Positions 50,631 through 58,535 of a stretch of DNA of 64,000 nucleotides are shown piece after piece; position 1 is the stretch's first letter; each line of letters opens with the position of its first letter. The translations under genes and the position numbers were made by a program. Below the pieces are notes generated by a model, which saw nothing but the letters and a program-made list of their open reading frames with translations, had not been told where the DNA came from and did not search any database. Source of the stretch: an uncultured Chroococcidiopsis sp. (GTDB lineage Bacteria > Cyanobacteriota > Cyanobacteriia > Cyanobacteriales > Chroococcidiopsidaceae); NCBI GenBank assembly GCA_964248365.1, contig CAXTYC010000002.1, positions 230,547 through 294,546 of the forward strand, read 5' to 3'.

Positions 50631-53210
50631 TCACACTTTTTTCACTCGACAAGCAAAACATTTATAAGCTTGCTGACCGGAAAGGTTGTCATAATACCTG
50701 TCATCTAATAAGTAATTGGCGGCTTCATAGTAGGGAGTTCCGAGTTCTTCAGCCATTTTTTGCATAGGTCCGAACGTATGAGGAACGAAGATTGTATCCT
50801 CACGAATACCTTGCCAAATTTGCGCTGAACCAGTGATAGAACCTCTGGGACTTTCTACAGCGATCGCATCTCCACTTTGAATCCCCGCCGCCGCAGCCGC
50901 TTTGGGGTGGATTTGAATTAGACGAATACCGTTCATTTGCTTGCCAGTATATGTCCACTGTGTAACTGTATGGAAATGCACTACACTCGGTCTACCAATC
51001 ATCCCCATCAGTGGGTACTCTTTGTTTTCCCCTGAAGACACTTTGCCTAACTTAACCTTTCGGGTTAAGGCTTGCGGATTTATTGGGTTTGCTACGAATT
51101 GCTGAGTATATTCTATAGTTGGATTCTTACCTGTCACCTCTGGATGAGTGTAAAAGATCGGTAGGGCTGAGTGTCCAGCCGTCGCCAACTTTTTATCTAG
51201 TTCTAAAGTATAGATTTCTACTTTGCCGCTAGGAGTTAGGAAGCGCCTAATCTTGTTTTGTGGATTGATGGCTGCTGTTCCCTGAACACCAGTATCTTGA
51301 CTCGCACTTTCGGCGTTTCTCAGCGCCAGCCCTTTTACCGCCTCATACCAAGAGGGATGATCTAAATATAACGTGCTAACCCCAGGATGATCTAGGGTAG
51401 GACAAGGCCAGCGCAAAGGTTCTACACGCGCCTCCAGACGTTCTTGAGTCATGCCGCCCATGCCTGGAGTATGCTTGACAAAGGTTGCCCAAAGATTACG
51501 GTAGTCTTTCCATTCTAGGGGAAAATTTTGTGTCCAGTAGGAGGGGGGATTCTTTTTGTCCAATTTAGCCATAGTGTGTGCCAGATCGATCCAAATCTCC
51601 CAATCAGGTTTTGACTCTCCTAAACGGGCTACTGCTTGCTTTTGCCACCGAATTGCGCGATCATCCCGCCGCATATAAACAGTTTCCATTTCAAAACCGC
51701 TACAAACGGGTAAGATAATATCAGCGTAATAGGCAGCTTCTTCCATAAATAAGCCAGTGTAGGCGTAGAAATCTAGCTGGCTGAAGGCAGCTTTTACCTT
51801 ATTTGTATTGGCACAAGCAACCAGGGGATTACCCTGAGTAACGATCGCTTTCAACTTATAGGGAGAAGCAGTTAAAATCGATTCGGCAAAATAATCTGGT
51901 CCTACAGGCAAAGCCACGTCTTTTTTGGGAGAATTACCCTCGATCGCTGGCAAGTTCAATGCCCCAGGCCAAGTATTGTGCATGAAATTGCAGCCGCCGC
52001 CATTCACGCCAATATTACCTGTCACAGCCGCTAAAAATGCCAATGTTCGATAAGTATCAAAGGCGTTTAGTTGATGAGAGATGCCAGCATTACAGAAAAT
52101 TGCCGCAGGTTTGGTTGTAGCGTAATCTTGGGCTATTTGTTTAATTTTGTTAGCTGGTACTCCTGTAACCTTTTCTGCCCATTGGGGTGTGTATTTGTGC
52201 TTTTGGAGATGTTTTTTCAATTCATCGAACCCCAGCACCCATTTTTGCACAAAGGCTTTATCGTGCAAATTCTTGTCCAAAATGTGGTATAGCATAGCTA
52301 GAACCAAAGCTTGGTCAGTATGCGGTTTGGGTGCAATCCATTCGTCTGCTTGCTTTCCTGTGGGTGTCAGCCGAGGATCGACAACTACTAACTTTGCCTT
52401 CGTTTGGGCGCGACTCCTGAGTAGATAGCTAAAGGTGACTGGATGAGTTTCTGCTTGATTTGTGCCTAAAAATAGAAAATACTTAGCACTGCCCAAATCT
52501 TCTTTTCCCGTAGCCCCATCCTTACCGTAGCCGTTGGTGAAATTCCCTAGCCCAAAAGTCCATGCTAAAGCATTTCCGCCAGCATCGTTACACACTGGAC
52601 CAACATCAGTATTATTTGGACTACCCAAAAGAGTGAAAAAACGCTCTACCAGCGAACCTGTGCCGCGTGGTAATCTACCAGAAGTTTTGTTAGCGATCGC
52701 CCGTGCTTCATTAGCATCGCGCAACGCCAGGAATTTGGCGGCAATTGTTTCTAAAGCTTCATCCCACGATATCGGCTCAAATTTAGAATCAGGGGAACCT
52801 TTAGCGCCTGCTACCCGCTTCATCGGACGTGTCAGACGAAAGCGATTATAAACCAGTTGCGTCATCATCGGACCTTTAACGCACAAGCCCCCTGCTTGGA
52901 CGGGATCTTCGGTTTCACCTACAACATTAATGATGCGTCCTTGTTTAAGATGAACTTTGAGGCGACATAGACTGTTGCAGAATTGACAAGCACTGTCTAC
53001 AATCGTATCCGGCTGTAAAGCCCCTGAAGAACTAGTAAAGTCGTATTCGGCGCTAGGAGAATTTGTTGCCGGATAATAACCGTCTGTTGTAGCATCAGCT
53101 TTAGTTGAGGAAAGCAAATTTGGGGCGGCAAGTGCTGTACCAATCGCAGCACCTTGCATAAAACCCCGCCGTGAAATGCCCTGGTGCTGATGCTTCTTTT
53201 TGCTTTTCAT
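50631..53210 (-). CDS. Tat-exported molybdopterin (Mo/W-bisPGD, DMSO reductase superfamily) oxidoreductase catalytic subunit with N-terminal [4Fe-4S] site
   Basis: SRRGFMQ twin-Arg and ADA cleavage site. C75-x2-C78-x3-C82-x27-C110; RLTRPMKR, ISWDEAL, VVVDPR.T, ADIILP, TPSGKVEI, IHP..A...GI..GD...VES.RG. Confidence 0.93.
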   Translation of the reverse strand: MKSKKKHQHQGISRRGFMQGAAIGTALAAPNLLSSTKADATTDGYYPATNSPSAEYDFTSSSGALQPDTIVDSACQFCNSLCRLKVHLKQGRIINVVGETEDPVQAGGLCVKGPMMTQLVYNRFRLTRPMKRVAGAKGSPDSKFEPISWDEALETIAAKFLALRDANEARAIANKTSGRLPRGTGSLVERFFTLLGSPNNTDVGPVCNDAGGNALAWTFGLGNFTNGYGKDGATGKEDLGSAKYFLFLGTNQAETHPVTFSYLLRSRAQTKAKLVVVDPRLTPTGKQADEWIAPKPHTDQALVLAMLYHILDKNLHDKAFVQKWVLGFDELKKHLQKHKYTPQWAEKVTGVPANKIKQIAQDYATTKPAAIFCNAGISHQLNAFDTYRTLAFLAAVTGNIGVNGGGCNFMHNTWPGALNLPAIEGNSPKKDVALPVGPDYFAESILTASPYKLKAIVTQGNPLVACANTNKVKAAFSQLDFYAYTGLFMEEAAYYADIILPVCSGFEMETVYMRRDDRAIRWQKQAVARLGESKPDWEIWIDLAHTMAKLDKKNPPSYWTQNFPLEWKDYRNLWATFVKHTPGMGGMTQERLEARVEPLRWPCPTLDHPGVSTLYLDHPSWYEAVKGLALRNAESASQDTGVQGTAAINPQNKIRRFLTPSGKVEIYTLELDKKLATAGHSALPIFYTHPEVTGKNPTIEYTQQFVANPINPQALTRKVKLGKVSSGENKEYPLMGMIGRPSVVHFHTVTQWTYTGKQMNGIRLIQIHPKAAAAAGIQSGDAIAVESPRGSITGSAQIWQGIREDTIFVPHTFGPMQKMAEELGTPYYEAANYLLDDRYYDNLSGQQAYKCFACRVKKV

Positions 53211-53221
53211 TTACAGTATCC

Positions 53222-54190
53222 TTAACAGCAACCACCGCCGTTATAGTACCAGGTAGAATCTGTAATTAATATCTCTTTTGGCTGTGATGCTGCGAGTTTA
53301 GCCGCTGTCTTATCACATACTGCTGCTGGTACGCCCCGTTGTAAAATATGCCCAGCCGAGTCATCAAACACAGATTCTAAACCTGTATAAATAGCAGTCT
53401 TACCAGTGAAAATGCAAGCACCATCGGGGGGAATGGGAACTTTGAAAGACACCGAATCAAGACTTTCTAAAAGCAGATTTTCTTCTAGATTATAAGTATG
53501 ACAATCTAGCAAACGATAAGGGCGACGGGCGCGAATTTCAATTTGTCCAAAGCCAGCATCAACAATTCGTTGAGTATATTCTTGATAGGTAAGTGCGCCA
53601 GATAGACACATGGCGCGTAGGCGTTCATCTTGTTGCAGATGGGTAGGGATGGGACGAGTAGCGATCGGATCGCTCATCTGCAAGCGTCCGCCTGGTTTTA
53701 GCACTCGATATGCTTCTTGCAAAGCACGAGTTAAATCTTCCGGTTGGAAGATGTTGAATAAACAATTTTGTGCCAATACATCGACGGAAGCATCAGGAAC
53801 AGGTAGATTAAATGCATCACCTGCGCGAATCTCGACAAAGCTGGTGTCAAACCAGGGGTTATCTTCGACGGCACAAGCCAAGTTACTAGATGCCGCTTCA
53901 CGCATCGCTGCAACGGGATCGACAGCAATCACACCACCAGGACGGCGGGAAAAATAAGCAAATTGCAATGCTTCTAAACCACCGCCAACGCCTACATATA
54001 AAACAGTCGGGGAGTTAACAAGTTCTGCTGGGTGGACAGTCGTACCACAGCCATAGTTCATTTCCTGCATTTTACAGGGAATTTTTAGCCCTGGTAATTG
54101 CAGAGAACCGCTTTGAACGCAGCACAAACCAACTTCGGGTGTTTGTGCGACTTCGGAGTAAAATTGTGCAGTTGTTTCTAAATAGCTCAT
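53222..54190 (-). CDS. arsM: Arsenite S-adenosylmethionine methyltransferase (cyanobacterial arsenosugar type)
   Basis: GLCC, NYGCG (C48), YVGVGGG SAM motif, QNCLFN (C143), AMCLSGAL (C195), C-terminal GGGCC. Confidence 0.92.
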   Translation of the reverse strand: MSYLETTAQFYSEVAQTPEVGLCCVQSGSLQLPGLKIPCKMQEMNYGCGTTVHPAELVNSPTVLYVGVGGGLEALQFAYFSRRPGGVIAVDPVAAMREAASSNLACAVEDNPWFDTSFVEIRAGDAFNLPVPDASVDVLAQNCLFNIFQPEDLTRALQEAYRVLKPGGRLQMSDPIATRPIPTHLQQDERLRAMCLSGALTYQEYTQRIVDAGFGQIEIRARRPYRLLDCHTYNLEENLLLESLDSVSFKVPIPPDGACIFTGKTAIYTGLESVFDDSAGHILQRGVPAAVCDKTAAKLAASQPKEILITDSTWYYNGGGCC

Positions 54191-54266
54191 ACAATTTTGG
54201 ATTGGTAGTTGGTAATTGGTAATTGGTAGTTGGTAGTTGCTTTTTAATTACCGATTAGCCTTGATT

Positions 54267-54938
54267 TTAAATTTGTTCAGGTTCAGCCGTCTGTCCTAGT
54301 CGTGGTTCAGTTCCTGCAAGTAAACGTTGAATATTGCTGCGGTGTCGCCAAATCACATATAAACCGCCAGCTATGCCAAATAGTACATAAGGTAACGGTT
54401 GACCGAATAATAGCATTAGCACACCAACTGCGATCGCACCTGCAATTGAACCCAGAGATACAATCCGCGACAGTGCCAACACACAGCCAAAAACCGCTAC
54501 AGTGGCTAAAGCTACCAGCCAACTCATTGCCAATAATACACCTAAACTAGTAGCAACAGATTTCCCGCCACTAAACCCTAGCCAGATTGATTTACTGTGT
54601 CCAATCACGGCAGCTAACCCAGCCCCAGTTACCATCCAGCCAAGCCACAGATGAGCATTAATTGCCTGTGGAATAATATTGTTGCTAGCAGCAAAGATGA
54701 ATACCTGGTAGACGAGAGCGATCGCCAATACTCCTTTCAACATATCAACAATTAAAACCAACAGCCCAGGACCTTTGCCCAAAGTTCTCAAAACATTGGT
54801 CGCCCCAGTTGAACCAGAACCATGTTCCCGAATATCAATTCCTTTTAGTAGTCTTGCTGCTATATAACCAGTTGGAATAGAACCCAAAAGGTATGCCACT
54901 AGTAAAATCGCCGTACACAAAGTTAACCAGACAGCCAT
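54267..54938 (-). CDS. plsY: Glycerol-3-phosphate acyltransferase
   Basis: AYLLGSIPTG, DIREHGSGSTGATNVLR, DMLKG, GHS..I...F.GGKSVAT, RHRSNIQRL. Confidence 0.96.
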   Translation of the reverse strand: MAVWLTLCTAILLVAYLLGSIPTGYIAARLLKGIDIREHGSGSTGATNVLRTLGKGPGLLVLIVDMLKGVLAIALVYQVFIFAASNNIIPQAINAHLWLGWMVTGAGLAAVIGHSKSIWLGFSGGKSVATSLGVLLAMSWLVALATVAVFGCVLALSRIVSLGSIAGAIAVGVLMLLFGQPLPYVLFGIAGGLYVIWRHRSNIQRLLAGTEPRLGQTAEPEQI

Positions 54939-55114
54939 AGTGAGGGGGAGAGGGAGAGGGGGAGAGTGGGAATCAGGGGAGAGTGGGAGAGTGGGAATCA
55001 GGGGAGATGGACAAGATGAAAACTATTCTGTCTTCTGTCTCCTGACTTCTGACTCCACAACTCCTGACTTCTGACGTGGAGACTTCTGACTTCTCACCTC
55101 CTCACCCCTTCTAA

Positions 55115-56428
55115 TTAAAAGTCAAAATCGTCTCTTCTACCTGTTTGTGGATCGGGGGCAAAAGCTAGCAATAGAGGGAATTGCAACAAAGAAAGACTGA
55201 TTTTGTCTTCCGAATCGTCAACAATAATCAGGGGCATCTGATTAGCTTTTATCAGACGTTCTGCTGTTCTAGCAACTCCTTCAGGTGATTCCGATAAGAC
55301 TACACCTCGATCTGCACCGAAATCACCGCGAGAAATGCCCAAGCAGTCTTGTAAACCTCGTCGCCAATCTCCTAGCCGTTCAGGTGTATTAGCTAAAACC
55401 AGAACGCGCAAGCGGGTATCATACAGGGTGTATAAGACGGAGATAATGGCTGAGCTAATTAGAACATTCTGCAAGCGGCTACCCATGCTACGCAAAGCGC
55501 CTCTTCCTCCTTGTTTGAAAAACCAGTCAGCAACTTTTTCTGCTTGGGCTGGTTCAAACGTGCGGCGTAGTTGCCAAGGGGGTCCATAATAATCTGGCTT
55601 GCTACGGTATTGATCGAGCAGACGGCGAATTTGCTTTGTAGTTGATTGAAATCGCTGTTCGGTAAATTGTGGTGCTGAGGGTTGTGTTTCAACTTCAAGT
55701 CTAGGCTGTTTAACCGCACTTTGCCCGATTTGTGGTTCTGGTTTAGCCTTTGGCACTAATTCCAGCTGTTCTGCTGCTGCTGCCAAATCTTGTAAGCTGC
55801 CTGTGAGGTAATCTTTAAAACCCTGTACCCGAATTGCTAAGTCTTGGGAAGTGCCAGCAAAAGTTGTTCGCATTTCTGCGCGAATGCGTTCTTGTCGTCT
55901 TTCTAGCTGTTCGATCGCAAGTTGCAGCGATTGTTTGCGTTGTTCTAGGTGAACTAAAGCCTCTTGCACCACTCGTCCCATTGCGGTTTGAGTTTGAGCG
56001 ATTTGTTCAGACAATTGCTGATGGGTTTGTTGCAGGTTGGCTATTTCCTGTTTAAGGTCTTGTTCCTGGCCTTGCAACTGAGCTATTCGTTGCTCTGCTG
56101 CCAATTGTGCCTGATCCTCTAATTCTTCTATCTCTTCTACTATTGAAATGTTTTTCTCTAGCTCTGCCAAAAAATCAACTGCTGCATCTTCTTGTGAGCG
56201 ATCGCTCGTCTTATTTAGCTCTTCGGAATCAAAATCAAAGTTTAGATCAGCTACGTCCGCTAAATTTTCTTTGTCTATTGATGTAGCTGGTAATACGTTT
56301 GCTAAATTTTCCTGTTGCAATTCTTCCAAGGATGTATCTTCTGCTGATGATAATTTAAAACTTGTCTTTTGAGCCGCGTCCAACGGCTGGGTATTTAGGT
56401 TTGGAGTTTGAGATTCGTCTGCATTCAT
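55115..56428 (-). CDS. DUF3086 family coiled-coil protein
   Basis: Acidic N-terminus, coiled coil, FAGTSQDLAIRVQGFKDYL.GSLQDL, PDYYGPPWQLRR; usual position before plsY. Confidence 0.85.
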   Translation of the reverse strand: MNADESQTPNLNTQPLDAAQKTSFKLSSAEDTSLEELQQENLANVLPATSIDKENLADVADLNFDFDSEELNKTSDRSQEDAAVDFLAELEKNISIVEEIEELEDQAQLAAEQRIAQLQGQEQDLKQEIANLQQTHQQLSEQIAQTQTAMGRVVQEALVHLEQRKQSLQLAIEQLERRQERIRAEMRTTFAGTSQDLAIRVQGFKDYLTGSLQDLAAAAEQLELVPKAKPEPQIGQSAVKQPRLEVETQPSAPQFTEQRFQSTTKQIRRLLDQYRSKPDYYGPPWQLRRTFEPAQAEKVADWFFKQGGRGALRSMGSRLQNVLISSAIISVLYTLYDTRLRVLVLANTPERLGDWRRGLQDCLGISRGDFGADRGVVLSESPEGVARTAERLIKANQMPLIIVDDSEDKISLSLLQFPLLLAFAPDPQTGRRDDFDF

Positions 56429-56505
56429 AAAAATTACTGCTATTGGTAGGGCAAAAAATCAAAACCGCTCCCCTAATTCCCACTCTCCCCTGATTCCCAC
56501 TCTTC

Positions 56506-56904
56506 CTAGTCCCTAGCCTCTCCTCTAGGACAGCGTTGTTCTAGGCAAGTTTGCAACATCTTGGGGTCAAACAGAATTGGCAGAAAATGGATGCTATTAA
56601 CTTCTTTGAAGTAGAACAGAATGGGAAAGCTCGACCAGAAAATCTGCCAGTTTTGCCATTCTTGATAAGGGAAGCGGCGGATAAGGGTTTCTCCTCGATA
56701 AATATCTAGTGCAGAAGGGGTAAATTGCAGCCGCAGTGTTACAGCTTGAAACATCAGAAACAAGCCAAATAGAGCGATCGCTCCTCCCGCTGGAACCCAA
56801 AAAAATAGCACTGGAATAGCAGCAATTACTAATACCAAGGGCAGCGTGTAACTCGGAGCGAGTTGAACAGTTGATGCTAAGGTTGATGGGTTGGAAGTAG
56901 TCAC
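56506..56904 (-). CDS. DUF3119 family membrane protein
   Basis: LAPSY.LP, FGLFL.FQ..TLRLQFT, FPYQEWQNW.IFW, ILFYFKEVNSIHFLPILFD. Confidence 0.85.
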   Translation of the reverse strand: MTTSNPSTLASTVQLAPSYTLPLVLVIAAIPVLFFWVPAGGAIALFGLFLMFQAVTLRLQFTPSALDIYRGETLIRRFPYQEWQNWQIFWSSFPILFYFKEVNSIHFLPILFDPKMLQTCLEQRCPRGEARD

Positions 56905-56965
56905 AATTTTAAATCCTGCCCTAATAATAGACTTTGCTTTATTCCTATTTTAGAAGGTCAAGCCT

Positions 56966-57763
56966 TTATAAAGTTCTAAGGACGGCACTACCAAGACCCT
57001 GAAACATCACCCAAGATAAGAAAAAGTTAGCAATAAAGATAGTCAGTAATGCCGTTACTACAGCAGTTGTTGTAGATTGTCCTACTCCCTTAGCTCCGCC
57101 CGTTGTTGTCAAACCCCAGCTGCAACCAATCACAGCTATCATTGCCCCAAAGCAAGCTGCTTTAACCATAGCGCTCCAAATATCCGAGATATTAAGGAAA
57201 GTTCGAGCTGAGTCTAAAAATGCACTTTGGGAAAGGTTGTACAAATTAGTTGCTATCAGCAATCCGCCAAACATCCCTGTCAGTAGGGACATTAGGGTCA
57301 AAACTGGCAACATTAGGCAACAAGCAATTAAGCGGGGAATTACCAGGTAATCAATTGGATCTGTTTTGAGCATATACATAGCATCTATTTGCTCTGTCAC
57401 TCGCATCGTTCCAATTTCTGCCGCGAATGCCGATCCGACTCTTCCCGCCAAGACAACTGCTGTCAGGACGGGGGCGAGTTCCCTTGTTAAGGCTAGCGCC
57501 AGTACTCCACCTACAGTGTTAGCAGCACCAAAACGAATAAATTCTCGTGCTACTTGAATAGTAAAAACTGCACCGACAAAAATAGCTGTTACTAAAGCAA
57601 TCAGCAGCGAGTCTGGTCCTACTACTGCCATCTGTTCGATTGTGTTGCGTCGGTTGATTTTACCCTGAAGCAGGTGAATCACCACTTGCCCACCCAGCAA
57701 AATTGCTGCTAGTAGTCGCGCACTCCATGCTCCCAAACTTGAACCGGATTTTGCTTCACTCAA
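56966..57763 (-). CDS. mlaE: MlaE family lipid ABC transporter permease
   Basis: RELAPVLTAVVLAGRVGSAFAAEIGTMRVTEQIDA, GGAKGVGQSTT.AVV. Confidence 0.93.
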   Translation of the reverse strand: MSEAKSGSSLGAWSARLLAAILLGGQVVIHLLQGKINRRNTIEQMAVVGPDSLLIALVTAIFVGAVFTIQVAREFIRFGAANTVGGVLALALTRELAPVLTAVVLAGRVGSAFAAEIGTMRVTEQIDAMYMLKTDPIDYLVIPRLIACCLMLPVLTLMSLLTGMFGGLLIATNLYNLSQSAFLDSARTFLNISDIWSAMVKAACFGAMIAVIGCSWGLTTTGGAKGVGQSTTTAVVTALLTIFIANFFLSWVMFQGLGSAVLRTL

Positions 57764-58145
57764 GATGCTAATACTATATAAATACCTGGGTTAAGAATAA
57801 CCAATTACCATTCGTTTTGAATTAATTTCCGCAAAAATATTACTTACCACAATTAATTCATTTTGTCAATATTTTAAGTACTTTTAAGTTAATCTCAGAA
57901 TTACCAGGTAATTCTAAGATTGTAATTCCCCTTGTTGGGTTGCCCCTAGCCTCTGGTTCCTCTTGCCCCCTCTTAACTTATCTATTAAACGGTTAATATC
58001 ACTTTGAACTAGTAGACAAATCTTTTAATATTAACTTAAGATTTTTGAAATTTGCAGCCCCTAGCTGGGATCGCTTTTATCGTAGAAAGTGGCAAGCATA
58101 GCGCTTATTGCCATTGTCACGATAATTGACAAACATGGTGTGCTG

Positions 58146-58439
58146 ATGAGCATATTGCCCAACTTCCTCCGCTCGCTGCTGCTGACAATTATTTTCAGCT
58201 TTGTTACCCCCATGTTATTCATCGGTGGGGGATTGATGATTGTATTCCTACTGGGCTACGTTCCTGGCTTACAAGCAGTAGGCGGGGCGATCGCCCTGTC
58301 GATGACGCAGTTTTTAGCCACCTTTGGCAGTGGCAGTGCCTTTCACGGATTAGTAGTAATTGGTTTCACTTGTAGCTTGGTAGGAGCTTTGTTTGATACC
58401 TATGCCTTCTACCGCTATCAAAACCTACGCGGTGACTAG
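58146..58439 (+). CDS. Conserved hypothetical membrane protein
   Basis: Hydrophobic ORF ending FLATFGSG...VGALFDTYAFYR; ATG 58146 preferred. Confidence 0.65.
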   Translation: MSILPNFLRSLLLTIIFSFVTPMLFIGGGLMIVFLLGYVPGLQAVGGAIALSMTQFLATFGSGSAFHGLVVIGFTCSLVGALFDTYAFYRYQNLRGD

Positions 58440-58535
58440 CTAGTGGCGAGATAAAGGTTGAAGGTTAAAGGTTAAAGGTTAAAGGTTAAAGGTTGAAATT
58501 TCTAACTTCACACTTCTAACTTCACACTTCTAACT

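Noticed and set aside
50631..53210. Calling the molybdoenzyme arrA, arxA, aioA or narB
   Set aside because: It lacks (R/K)GRY and GRGWG, and has a four-Cys Fe-S motif and candidate Cys ligand unlike AioA. It also has a Tat signal unlike cytoplasmic NarB and no partner subunits. No gene symbol is supportable.
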